A DNA stretch of 35,927 bases from a virus (taxonomy: Duplodnaviria > Caudoviricetes). The position numbers and the translations under genes are program-made. Numbering within the stretch: the stretch's first letter is position 1; each line of letters begins with the position of its first letter. The stretch covers positions 1 through 35,927 of the IMG/VR virus record IMGVR_UViG_3300007863_000006; one strand, 5' to 3'. The notes under the pieces are model-generated. The model saw nothing but the letters and a program-made list of their open reading frames with translations. It was not told the origin of the DNA and did no database searches. Below, in pieces: positions 17,577-25,746 of the stretch.

Positions 17577-19142
17577 ATGGCTTCACTTTTTGACCGCTTC
17601 AAATCCATAATTAATAAAAATTCACAAAATACTGCTGAAGGCTATAATAGAGCTATATATAATTGGCTTGGTGAATCTATTATATGGAATCCTGAAAATG
17701 ACGATTCTTATATCAATGAGGGTTACAGAAAAAACGCAACAGTTTATTCATTAGTTAATATTATAACAAAAGCTGCAACAACAATACCATTTCAGATTTA
17801 TGAAGTAGAAAACATAAATGATTATAAAAGATATAAATCATTAACAAGTGGTACTATTGATTCTACCGTAATGCAAAAAGCAATGATGCTGAAAAATAAG
17901 TCAATGGTAGAATTGCACGATACAGAACTGCATATGTTGTTAGACAGACCTAATCCTGCGCAATCTTATAATAGTTTTATTACAGAATTAATTGCGTTTG
18001 GTAAATTAACAGGTAATAGATACATTTATGGTTTATCACCAGAGACTGGTAATAATGCTAATAAATATACTGAGTTATATGTAATGCCTTCACAAATTAT
18101 GGAAATAGTAAGTGGTGGTTTAATGAATCCTGTTTCTAAATACAAAATACAATACAATGGCACATATGAAATGGATGCTGCTGACATATGTCACATAAAA
18201 GATTTTAATCCATATTATGATGGTACTGGTTCACACTTATATGGTCAATCGCCATTACGTGCAGGTCTAAGAGCATTGACAACTAATAACGAAGCAATAC
18301 AAACAGGCGTTAAATACTTACAGAATCAAACAGCTCGTGGTGTTTTAATGTCCGAAGAAGGTGATTTAAATGAAGTACAAGCACAACAATTAAAAGATAA
18401 ATTCAAAAATCAGTTTACTGGTTCTAATAATGCTGGTGAGGTTTTAATAACACCTAAAAAATTATCTTGGGTTAACTTTGGTTTAAATGCAGCTGATGTT
18501 TCTTTAATAGAACAATATAATGCATCTGTCAAAGATTTATGTAATATTTACAACGTGCCAGTGCAATTGTTAAATAATACAGATTCTAATACATATAACA
18601 ATATGAAGGAAGCTAAAAAAGCATTATATCAAAATGCTGTTATTCCTGAGTTAGTCAAAATTAGAGACGAGATAAATAGATGGCTATGTCCTCAGTATGG
18701 TGACAAATATAAATTTGATTTTGATTTTACTTGCATTCCAGAACTACAAGAAGAAAGCGACAAAGTAGTTGAACAACTGTCTAAGGCTTGGTGGATAACA
18801 CCAAATGAAAAACGTTCAGTAATGAATTATGGCGAAGATGAAGAAAATGAAGCATTAAATGATTATTATATACCAGCAAACTTATTGCCAGTAAATGCAG
18901 AGAATATTGATATTCCTGTAGAAGAAACTGTTAGAGAATCTGTAGATATAGATGTATCAAAATATTTAAAAGAAAATCCAAAAAAACATATTGACGATAA
19001 ACTAGCTGATCGTGATTTATATACTACAAAAGAATTAGCTGAGTTAAGAGCTATAGAAATGGGTGGTAGTGGGTCACATAAAATAGCAGGGCATTATATG
19101 CCATTTAAAAGTCATAAAGAATATGTTGAATCAAAGAGATAA
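17577..19142 (+). CDS. Portal protein (HK97 family) with a C-terminal extension
   Basis: LLDRPNP, KLTGNRYI, ICHIK, YGQSPL, IYNVP..LL, TYNN and ITPNEKR motifs. Confidence 0.95.
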   Translation: MASLFDRFKSIINKNSQNTAEGYNRAIYNWLGESIIWNPENDDSYINEGYRKNATVYSLVNIITKAATTIPFQIYEVENINDYKRYKSLTSGTIDSTVMQKAMMLKNKSMVELHDTELHMLLDRPNPAQSYNSFITELIAFGKLTGNRYIYGLSPETGNNANKYTELYVMPSQIMEIVSGGLMNPVSKYKIQYNGTYEMDAADICHIKDFNPYYDGTGSHLYGQSPLRAGLRALTTNNEAIQTGVKYLQNQTARGVLMSEEGDLNEVQAQQLKDKFKNQFTGSNNAGEVLITPKKLSWVNFGLNAADVSLIEQYNASVKDLCNIYNVPVQLLNNTDSNTYNNMKEAKKALYQNAVIPELVKIRDEINRWLCPQYGDKYKFDFDFTCIPELQEESDKVVEQLSKAWWITPNEKRSVMNYGEDEENEALNDYYIPANLLPVNAENIDIPVEETVRESVDIDVSKYLKENPKKHIDDKLADRDLYTTKELAELRAIEMGGSGSHKIAGHYMPFKSHKEYVESKR

Positions 19143-19950
19143 TTGGCAACGTGCTTTTGAAAAGCAAATGGGTATTGCTGAAAGACGTAATCTTGCTAAA
19201 ATAAAAAAATACTACAAGACAGAATATAAAAAAGGTGTAGATTCTTTTTTGTCTATGAATCAAACCAATTTTAATATTTTATTTAACGTAACTACATTAT
19301 CTAAATTATATAGAGATTTATATCAAGATATAGGAATGCAATTTGCTAAATGGTATGCAAGACATTTTGATAAATATATATCTAAAGGCGTAAACCCAAA
19401 ACAATATGAGTCATTCTGGATGGAAAGATTTGCTTACTTTGGTTCAGTAATAGCAGCGCAAAGAGTAACATTAGTTTCTAACACAGCTAAACAAACACTA
19501 ATAACACTTACACAAAGATTAATGTCTGACCCTGAATTTATGATGATGGGCGTGGCTCAACAAGCTAGAATTTTGAACAGTAGATTCGGACAATATTCTT
19601 TAATGCAAGCAATTAGATTAATTAGAACTGAAGGCACGAACATTGCAAACTATGCTACTATGCAAAGCGCACAATCTATATTCCCTGCTTCACAATTAAA
19701 AAAAGAATGGATAGCTAGTTTTGATGATAGAACTAGAGACGCACACGCTGAGGCTGATGGTCAAATAGTAATGCAATCTGACCCATTTTTAGTAGGTGGT
19801 GAACAATTATTATATCCTGGTGATCCAGCTGGTAGTTCTACTAATGTAATAAATTGTAGATGTAGTGTTGCGCCATTTCCAGTAGAAAATGCTGAAGCAG
19901 ATGGTACAATTGAAAATATTGGCTTAGGCTTGGGTGGTCAATTAGCATAG
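19123..19950 (+). CDS. Head morphogenesis protein (SPP1 gp7/MuF-like)
   Basis: RLIRTE, KKEW...DDRTRDAH...DGQ and YPGDP......INCRC motifs. Confidence 0.92.
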   Translation: MLNQRDNWQRAFEKQMGIAERRNLAKIKKYYKTEYKKGVDSFLSMNQTNFNILFNVTTLSKLYRDLYQDIGMQFAKWYARHFDKYISKGVNPKQYESFWMERFAYFGSVIAAQRVTLVSNTAKQTLITLTQRLMSDPEFMMMGVAQQARILNSRFGQYSLMQAIRLIRTEGTNIANYATMQSAQSIFPASQLKKEWIASFDDRTRDAHAEADGQIVMQSDPFLVGGEQLLYPGDPAGSSTNVINCRCSVAPFPVENAEADGTIENIGLGLGGQLA

Positions 19951-19963
19951 CTAAAATTTAAAA

Positions 19964-19979
19964 TTTGTATATTTACAAA
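19964..19979 (+). promoter_or_regulatory. Putative late promoter/operator dyad upstream of the prohead protease gene
   Basis: TTTGTA-TATT-TACAAA inverted repeat, same as the motif at 17537. Confidence 0.45.
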
Positions 19980-19989
19980 AATTTTTTCT

Positions 19990-20679
19990 ATGAATACTAT
20001 ATTATATAAACAAGCACCTATTGGAGAGCTTTTAGATGCTGACGAAAACGCAGGAATTATAAAAGGTTACGGATCATACTTTGGAAACAAAGATTCAGAT
20101 AGTGACATTATTGTAAAAGGTGCTTACACAAAAACAATACAAGAAAACGGAGAACGTGTTAAATATTTATATCAGCACGATATGAACCAACCAATTGGTA
20201 AAATGCGTGAATTGTATGAAGATGATAAAGGTCTTGTATTTGTAGCAGAAATAGCTAAAACACAATTAGGTAAAGATGTAGTAGAGTTAATGAAATCTGG
20301 GGTTATTACAGAAAACTCTGTAGGTATAATGCCAATACAAAAAGAAAACAAAGGCGACTATAGAGAAATCAAAGAAGTAAAATTATATGAAATTAGTGCT
20401 GTAACATTAGCTGCTAATGACCAAGCAAAAATATTAGATGTCAAAGGTAATGTAGATTTAGAAAAATTATCTAAAAGATATGACAATCTAAGTAAATTAA
20501 TCAGAAAAGGTGACATATCCGATGAATTAGGATATGCTATCGAAGCTGAAATACTAAAACTGAAATCATTATTTGTAGAGTTCACAAAGCCGACAGAAGA
20601 AGTCACTTTGCCGAATGTTGAAGCTAAAGCAAATGATTTAGATATATACAACTATTTAATTAATTCCTTAAAAAAATAA
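19990..20679 (+). CDS. Prohead maturation protease (HK97 family)
   Basis: GYGSYFGNKDS..D....GAY, LYQHD...PIG, EDDKGL, SVG and LYEISAVT.AAN motifs. Confidence 0.95.
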   Translation: MNTILYKQAPIGELLDADENAGIIKGYGSYFGNKDSDSDIIVKGAYTKTIQENGERVKYLYQHDMNQPIGKMRELYEDDKGLVFVAEIAKTQLGKDVVELMKSGVITENSVGIMPIQKENKGDYREIKEVKLYEISAVTLAANDQAKILDVKGNVDLEKLSKRYDNLSKLIRKGDISDELGYAIEAEILKLKSLFVEFTKPTEEVTLPNVEAKANDLDIYNYLINSLKK

Positions 20680-20681
20680 AA

Positions 20682-21875
20682 ATGGAAGAAAACGTAAAAA
20701 ATCAATTAGATCAGTTAAATACTGCTATTGATTCAAAAATTGAAAAAGCTAAAGACATTGCTGTTGAAGCATCTGTTGTACAAGCTGACGAAATCGTAAA
20801 AAGCCAAGTGTCAGAAATGACTACTAAGTTTAACGATAGACTAGATGCTATTGAAGTATCTAACAAAAAAACATTTGATGCTAGCCAACCAAGAGATTTT
20901 AAATCTGCTTTAGGAAAGGCTTTATCAGAAGGCGCAATTGACTCATTAACTAAAGGTAATTCAAGAAGTGCATCATTTCAGATTAAAGCTGATATGACTA
21001 CTGCAGCTGACTTTAGTGGTGAAGTAATACCTGCTGATAGAGTACCAGGATATTTTTTCGATCCTACTAGACCAGTACACGTAAGAAGTTTAATCTCTGG
21101 TGGTTCTACTGTAAGTGATGTAATAAGATATGTAACAGAATCTGCATACAATAATGGTGCTGCACCAGCTGCTGAGGGAGCAACATTAGCACAGTCTGAT
21201 TTTAATATGACTGCATCAACTGCATTAGTGCAAAAAATTGGTACTTACTTCAGAATTTCTGAAGAAATGCTAGCTGACACGCCACAATTAACATCTTATT
21301 TATCTGCAAGAGCGCCAGAAAAATTATTAGAAATAGAAGATGCACAACTTTTATCTGGTAATGGTTCTGCTCCAAATTTAAGTGGTATCATTGGTGCTGC
21401 TGCTGATTTTGATGTAAGTTCAAATGGTAAGTTCTACCACGCTGTAGAAAGTGCTAATGAATTTGATGTAATTGTTGCTGCTTTAAATCAATTAAGTCTT
21501 GCTAACTATAGCGCTGATTGTATCTTATTAAATCCAACTGATTTTCATAAGATATTATTATTAAAAGATACAACTAACAACTATATCAAGGACCAAGTAT
21601 ATGCTGGGTTACAACCAACGTTTATGGGTGTTAAAGTTATCTTAAATACAGCTATGGCTGCTGGATCATTCTTGATTGGTAATTTTGCTGCTGGTTCACA
21701 AATGTGGATTAGAGAAAACCTAAACGTAGAGTTCTTTAGAGAAGATGGAACTAACGTAAGAGATGGTTTTGTTACAGTAAGAGTATCTGAAAGAGTTGCT
21801 TTAGCTAACTATTTGCCAAATGCTTATGTAAATGGCGCATTTAGTACAGCAAAAGCTGCACTAGAAACAGCGTAA
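20682..21875 (+). CDS. Major capsid protein (HK97 fold, N-terminal coiled-coil scaffold domain)
   Basis: AEGA..., KIGTYFRISEEMLAD, QLLSGNG, LNPTDF..I...KD and VRVSERV motifs. Confidence 0.96.
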   Translation: MEENVKNQLDQLNTAIDSKIEKAKDIAVEASVVQADEIVKSQVSEMTTKFNDRLDAIEVSNKKTFDASQPRDFKSALGKALSEGAIDSLTKGNSRSASFQIKADMTTAADFSGEVIPADRVPGYFFDPTRPVHVRSLISGGSTVSDVIRYVTESAYNNGAAPAAEGATLAQSDFNMTASTALVQKIGTYFRISEEMLADTPQLTSYLSARAPEKLLEIEDAQLLSGNGSAPNLSGIIGAAADFDVSSNGKFYHAVESANEFDVIVAALNQLSLANYSADCILLNPTDFHKILLLKDTTNNYIKDQVYAGLQPTFMGVKVILNTAMAAGSFLIGNFAAGSQMWIRENLNVEFFREDGTNVRDGFVTVRVSERVALANYLPNAYVNGAFSTAKAALETA

Positions 21876-21894
21876 TCTAATAATTACACTAACT

Positions 21895-21924
21895 AAAGAG
21901 GGCGCTTCGGCGCTCTTTTTTTTT
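21895..21924 (+). terminator. Intrinsic terminator after the capsid gene
   Basis: AAAGAGGGCGC-TTCG-GCGCTCTTT hairpin with a C(UUCG)G loop, plus T-run. Confidence 0.92.
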
Positions 21925-21986
21925 GCCTAATCTTATCTGTAAAATAATAAAATGAAAAAAAACTTTTAAATTAAATGAAAAAATAT

Positions 21987-22016
21987 TTTGTATTTTGTAA
22001 ATAAATGTTATCTTTG
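21987..22016 (+). promoter_or_regulatory. Bacteroidota-type promoter of the moron (TTTG ... TATCTTTG)
   Basis: TTTG at 21987..21990 and -7 box TATCTTTG at 22009..22016, 18 nt apart. Confidence 0.65.
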
Positions 22017-22049
22017 TATAGAACAACAATAACAATTAAATTATATATT

Positions 22050-22196
22050 ATGAACTATCAAGAATTTATTCTAAAAGCTTTACAAGTTGTAGCAATAAAA
22101 CCAACAAAAGAAGAAATGCAATTTGCATATATAGTATTGTATAATGGTTTTGGTTTATCAGTAAAAGAATCAATAATAGAGTCAATTAAATTATAA
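22050..22196 (+). CDS. Hypothetical protein, 48 aa (start revised from 22005)
   Basis: The promoter box lies within the longer ORF call, and ATG 22050 has an A-rich leader. Confidence 0.6.
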   Translation: MNYQEFILKALQVVAIKPTKEEMQFAYIVLYNGFGLSVKESIIESIKL

Positions 22197-22206
22197 AAAC
22201 AATAAT

Positions 22207-22317
22207 ATGCAATCAATAATCACATTTATTAAAAAAGACAAAGACAATTGGAAATGGCTATTAGGTTTTTATGCCATAGCTACAGTATTAACTTTACTTT
22301 TAACAATACAAATATAA
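22207..22317 (+). CDS. Single-TM micro-protein, 36 aa (not in the ORF track)
   Basis: MQSIITFIKKDKDNWKWLLGFYAIATVLTLLLTIQI*, TAATG-coupled to the next ORF. Confidence 0.65.
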   Translation: MQSIITFIKKDKDNWKWLLGFYAIATVLTLLLTIQI

Positions 22318-22451
22318 TGGATGCTAGAGATTACTTAGATAATTTATTAGACCCTTACAATCAATTTGAACACGAATGTCCTGTATGTGGTAGACCACAG
22401 AATTTTAAAACTGCTTGTAGTTCAATTTGTGAAGAAGCTGAAATGATATGA
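22317..22451 (+). CDS. Small Zn-finger protein, 44 aa (start revised from 22248)
   Basis: MDARDYLDNLLDPYNQFEHECPVCGRPQNFKTACSSICEEAEMI, with C-X2-C-X9-C-X3-C. Confidence 0.7.
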   Translation: MDARDYLDNLLDPYNQFEHECPVCGRPQNFKTACSSICEEAEMI

Positions 22452-22591
22452 ATAAAAAACAAATTAATTTTTGGTTAAGTGTTTTATTAATTTTTTTTAC
22501 AATAAGGCAAGGTTTGTTATTTTATGACGTGTTAGGTTCTTTATTTTTCTTAATTTTGACATTAGCTATTTTAAGTAATAGAAATATATAA
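22448..22591 (+). CDS. Two-TM micro-protein, 47 aa (not in the ORF track)
   Basis: MNKKQINFWLSVLLIFFTIRQGLLFYDVLGSLFFLILTLAILSNRNI*, with an ATGA overlap. Confidence 0.62.
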   Translation: MNKKQINFWLSVLLIFFTIRQGLLFYDVLGSLFFLILTLAILSNRNI

Positions 22592-22605
22592 TTATTTGTT
22601 AGTCT

Positions 22606-22643
22606 AAAAAAGCCAACTGTTTTAATCGATAGTTGGTTTTTTT
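22606..22643. terminator. Intrinsic terminator, possibly bidirectional
   Basis: AAAAAAGCCAACTGT...ATAGTTGGTTTTTTT hairpin. Confidence 0.8.
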
Positions 22644-22655
22644 GTATATTAGAGC

Positions 22656-23027
22656 GTGGACAACAATATGCGAGGCTGTTACGCTGAATACAAATTTGCT
22701 ACTATGGCAATGGAATGTAATATGCTAGTATCTATGCCACTTCTTGATTCATCGCCTTACGATTGTATTGTTGAACTTCCTAATGGTAAACTAAAAAAAA
22801 TACAAATTAAATCTACAAATAAAAGCGAACATCCTAAAGGTATTCATATTACTTTACGATATTCTGACATTAGCTATACTACAAAAGAAGTTGATTATTT
22901 TGCCATATGGATAAATGTACGCAATGGATTTTATATAATTAAAAATAATGGTAAAATGGCTGCATTTAGAATATCTAAGAATGGTAAATATTCAAAAAAT
23001 TTTAATAACTTTGCTAAAATTGTTTAA
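22656..23027 (+). CDS. Free-standing PD-(D/E)XK endonuclease (group I intron-associated/I-Ssp6803I-like family)
   Basis: G..AE..F......VSMPL.DSSPYDCIVE......KIQIKS...YT..EVDYFA motifs. Confidence 0.8.
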   Translation: MDNNMRGCYAEYKFATMAMECNMLVSMPLLDSSPYDCIVELPNGKLKKIQIKSTNKSEHPKGIHITLRYSDISYTTKEVDYFAIWINVRNGFYIIKNNGKMAAFRISKNGKYSKNFNNFAKIV

Positions 23028-23047
23028 TTTTATTGTTTTCATTGTCG

Positions 23048-23084
23048 AAAAGGTGCTACAAATTTATTGTGGCACTTTTTTTTT
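23048..23084. terminator. Intrinsic terminator
   Basis: AAAAGGTGCTACAA-ATTTA-TTGTGGCACTTTTT plus T-run. Confidence 0.8.
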
Positions 23085-23105
23085 ATCTTTACAAAAAATA
23101 ATATT

Positions 23106-23318
23106 ATGAAACTAAATGTATTAATGCCTTTAAATCATAAAGGCAAAGTTTATCAAAATGGTGATTCAATAGACGTACCTGTTGAGAAAGTAGCAATATT
23201 TATTAATAAGGGGTGGGCAGCTAAATTTGAAAAGAAAGAAGCTAAACCAAAAAAAGTAACAAAAGAATTAAAAAAAGATTCTATAGAAACTAAAAGCGAT
23301 GCGACAAATAAAGATTAA
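23106..23318 (+). CDS. Small head-associated protein (start revised to ATG 23106)
   Basis: MKLNVLMPLNHKGKVYQNGDSIDV...FINKGWA with a Lys-rich tail, typical of small genes between capsid and connector. The track start falls inside the terminator. Confidence 0.6.
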   Translation: MKLNVLMPLNHKGKVYQNGDSIDVPVEKVAIFINKGWAAKFEKKEAKPKKVTKELKKDSIETKSDATNKD

Positions 23319-23817
23319 TTCTGTAACAGGTAGTGAAATTATAACAACATCTAATGTCAAAGACTATGTAAGAATAGACACAAGTGCTGATGATAGTATT
23401 ATATCAAGAATGATAGTACAAGCTAGAATTTGGTGTGAAAATTATATATCGAAAGATATAGTAGCTAAAACTAGATCGTATTACATACCAGAAACTAATT
23501 CAGGTATATTTGATTTACCTTTTGCGCCTGTTGCTAGTATTCAATCAATTACTATAGATAACACAGCTGCTACTTATGAAATTTTAGGTTTAGATAATGA
23601 AACTATAGAGTTAGATGCTGGTCCTGCTAGTAAGGTTAAAATTAATTATACTACTTCAGGATTATCTGACGATTTATTAAAACAAGCTATGTTACAATTA
23701 ATATCTACTTATTATGACAACAGAGCTGATTTTGTAAGCGATACAAAAGGCTCTATTGATGAAGTGCCAACGTCAACAAAAAATATTTTAAACTCATATA
23801 AAACAATGTTTTTATAA
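23299..23817 (+). CDS. Head-tail connector (HK97 gp6/SPP1 gp15-like)
   Basis: VKDYVRID..ADDSII...I..AR..CENY and LKQAMLQLISTYYDNR motifs. Confidence 0.9.
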   Translation: MRQIKINSVTGSEIITTSNVKDYVRIDTSADDSIISRMIVQARIWCENYISKDIVAKTRSYYIPETNSGIFDLPFAPVASIQSITIDNTAATYEILGLDNETIELDAGPASKVKINYTTSGLSDDLLKQAMLQLISTYYDNRADFVSDTKGSIDEVPTSTKNILNSYKTMFL

Positions 23818-24143
23818 TGAATGCTGGTAAACTAAATCAAAGAATAACTATAAAGAGATTAACTAAATCTAGTGATGGTTTTGGTGGATTTAATTCTACA
23901 TTATCAAATGTTAAAACTTTGTGGTGTTCTTTAAAAGAAACAAGTGGAGAAGTAAAAGATGAGTTTGGTAAACGTGAAAGATATGTTGAAGTTGAATTAT
24001 TAGTTAGAAAAAAAACTGCTGATGATATAACTATAGGTGACATATTTATAGCTGAAGGTAATACAGATGAATTTAGAATTAACAATATGTATCAATCTAA
24101 ATTAGATTTTTATGTTGAAATTAAAGCTACAAAAATTAATTAA
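23817..24143 (+). CDS. Head closure/stopper protein (SPP1 gp16-like)
   Basis: MNAGKLNQRITI......DGFGG.......LWCS motif. Confidence 0.9.
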   Translation: MNAGKLNQRITIKRLTKSSDGFGGFNSTLSNVKTLWCSLKETSGEVKDEFGKRERYVEVELLVRKKTADDITIGDIFIAEGNTDEFRINNMYQSKLDFYVEIKATKIN

Positions 24144-24583
24144 TGAGAGCTAGTATAAAAATAAATCAAAGTGATTTAAACCAACTTAATAAAAAATTAA
24201 ATTTTTTTAAAAATTTTGATAAAAAAGTTTTATCTAGTGAGTTAGGAAGAACTGCTTTAGACATTTCAAGATTAGCAAAAAGAACTGTGCCTGTAGATAC
24301 AGGTGGTTTAAAAAATTCTATTACAGCAGAAATTCAAGGCAAAACTGTTTCTGTTGTAGTTAATAAAGATTATGCGCCATATATAGAGTTTGGTACTGGT
24401 AGTATGGTAAAGATTGACGATATGGTAGCATTAGGCATTCCTCCAAGTTATGCAATGCAATTTAAAGGTAAAGGATTACGAGAAGTTAATTTACCAGCAA
24501 GACCATTTTTATTTAGTAGCGCAAGAATAGAATACAACAAATTATTGAATAGGTTAAATAATAGAATAAAAAAAATTAGATAA
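24143..24583 (+). CDS. HK97 gp10-like neck/tail completion protein
   Basis: AK..VPVDTGGLKNSI, YAPYIEFGT and LPARPFL motifs. Confidence 0.9.
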   Translation: MRASIKINQSDLNQLNKKLNFFKNFDKKVLSSELGRTALDISRLAKRTVPVDTGGLKNSITAEIQGKTVSVVVNKDYAPYIEFGTGSMVKIDDMVALGIPPSYAMQFKGKGLREVNLPARPFLFSSARIEYNKLLNRLNNRIKKIR

Positions 24584-25020
24584 TGTTAGAAGCAATACAT
24601 TACGTCAGAAAAGCTATAATAGCCAAATTAACGAACAACGTTACTATAGACAGCACAACTATCCAAATTTATAATAGAGTGCCTAATAACGCTTCTTATC
24701 CATTTATACGTGTATATTCTGTATCTAATAATGAAATAGACCAAAACCAAACACAATACAATTTTGAGACAATAACAAGAATTGAATGTGTAACTAGATT
24801 TGTGTCAGACGATGGTGGCGAATTAGATGTTAATTTAATGATGTCACAAGTTTTACAACAAGTTAGAACAAGACCAAACAATTATATCGATTTAAGTACA
24901 GATGGTTTTAATGTATATACTAGTGTTAACGCTGGTATTACGTATTTGACTGACGACCTTAGTGATCATACATATTACAGAGCAATATTAGAATTATCAA
25001 ACAGAATAACACAAGATTAA
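24583..25020 (+). CDS. Tail terminator protein (DUF3168-like)
   Basis: IYNRVPNNASYPFI motif and position after the gp10-like gene. Confidence 0.75.
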   Translation: MLEAIHYVRKAIIAKLTNNVTIDSTTIQIYNRVPNNASYPFIRVYSVSNNEIDQNQTQYNFETITRIECVTRFVSDDGGELDVNLMMSQVLQQVRTRPNNYIDLSTDGFNVYTSVNAGITYLTDDLSDHTYYRAILELSNRITQD

Positions 25021-25023
25021 AAA

Positions 25024-25332
25024 ATGGCACAACCTCCACAACTTGGCGAAGAAACAAAAGTTACTTTAGATTTAAAAACAATAGGTTTAATTGTTGGTTT
25101 TACTATTAGTCTAGCTACTACTTATTTTACTCTTAAAAGTGAAATAGTTTTAGCTAAGGAACTTCCTAAACCAGAAATAACTGCTTTAGAGTTTTCTTAT
25201 AAAGATGAACTAATTAGGTCTAATTTAGAAAAAGCAATACAACAAGTTAATAATATAGAAAACGATGTTAATGAAATTAAAGAATCATTAGCAAAGATGG
25301 AAGAAAGATTATATGAAATTAGTAAAAAATGA
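25024..25332 (+). CDS. Membrane-anchored coiled-coil protein (spanin/holin-like architecture)
   Basis: One TM segment (IGLIVGFTISLATTYF) followed by a C-terminal coiled coil. Confidence 0.6.
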   Translation: MAQPPQLGEETKVTLDLKTIGLIVGFTISLATTYFTLKSEIVLAKELPKPEITALEFSYKDELIRSNLEKAIQQVNNIENDVNEIKESLAKMEERLYEISKK

Positions 25333-25667
25333 AAAAATTAATTGTACTATGTTTATTTATAACTAATACAATAATTTCACAATCTTATAAAGATGGTGTT
25401 AGTATTGTACAATATAGCGCACCATTTGTAACAGACGCAGAGCTATCTTTAAAAACCTTTAAAGATCATAATACATATACTTTTTACCTAGATAAAAATC
25501 CAAAAATATTTGATAAAGAAAAAATAAATTCTTTACCTACTATTTGTCTTTATAACAATGGCGAATTAATTTTAAAAATTGAAAGTGGTATATCTTTAAA
25601 ATTGCCAGAAAATTCTAAAAGAAAATTAGAAAAAGAGATTGATAAATTATTAATTAATAAATTTTAA
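25329..25667 (+). CDS. Exported thioredoxin-fold-like protein lacking CxxC
   Basis: Signal peptide MKKLIVLCLFITNTIISQ. IVQYSAPF and KINSLPTICLYNNGE resemble thioredoxin strand 2 and the cis-Pro region. Confidence 0.55.
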   Translation: MKKLIVLCLFITNTIISQSYKDGVSIVQYSAPFVTDAELSLKTFKDHNTYTFYLDKNPKIFDKEKINSLPTICLYNNGELILKIESGISLKLPENSKRKLEKEIDKLLINKF

Positions 25668-25668
25668 A

Positions 25669-25746
25669 ATGAAAAAAATAATAATCAAAATGAAATCATT
25701 ATGGAACTCATTTCTATATAAAATAACTTTTAAAAACTATAAATAA
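25669..25746 (+). CDS. Basic amphipathic micropeptide, 25 aa (not in the ORF track)
   Basis: MKKIIIKMKSLWNSFLYKITFKNYK* fills the gap exactly and is TAATG-coupled to the next gene. Confidence 0.5.
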   Translation: MKKIIIKMKSLWNSFLYKITFKNYK

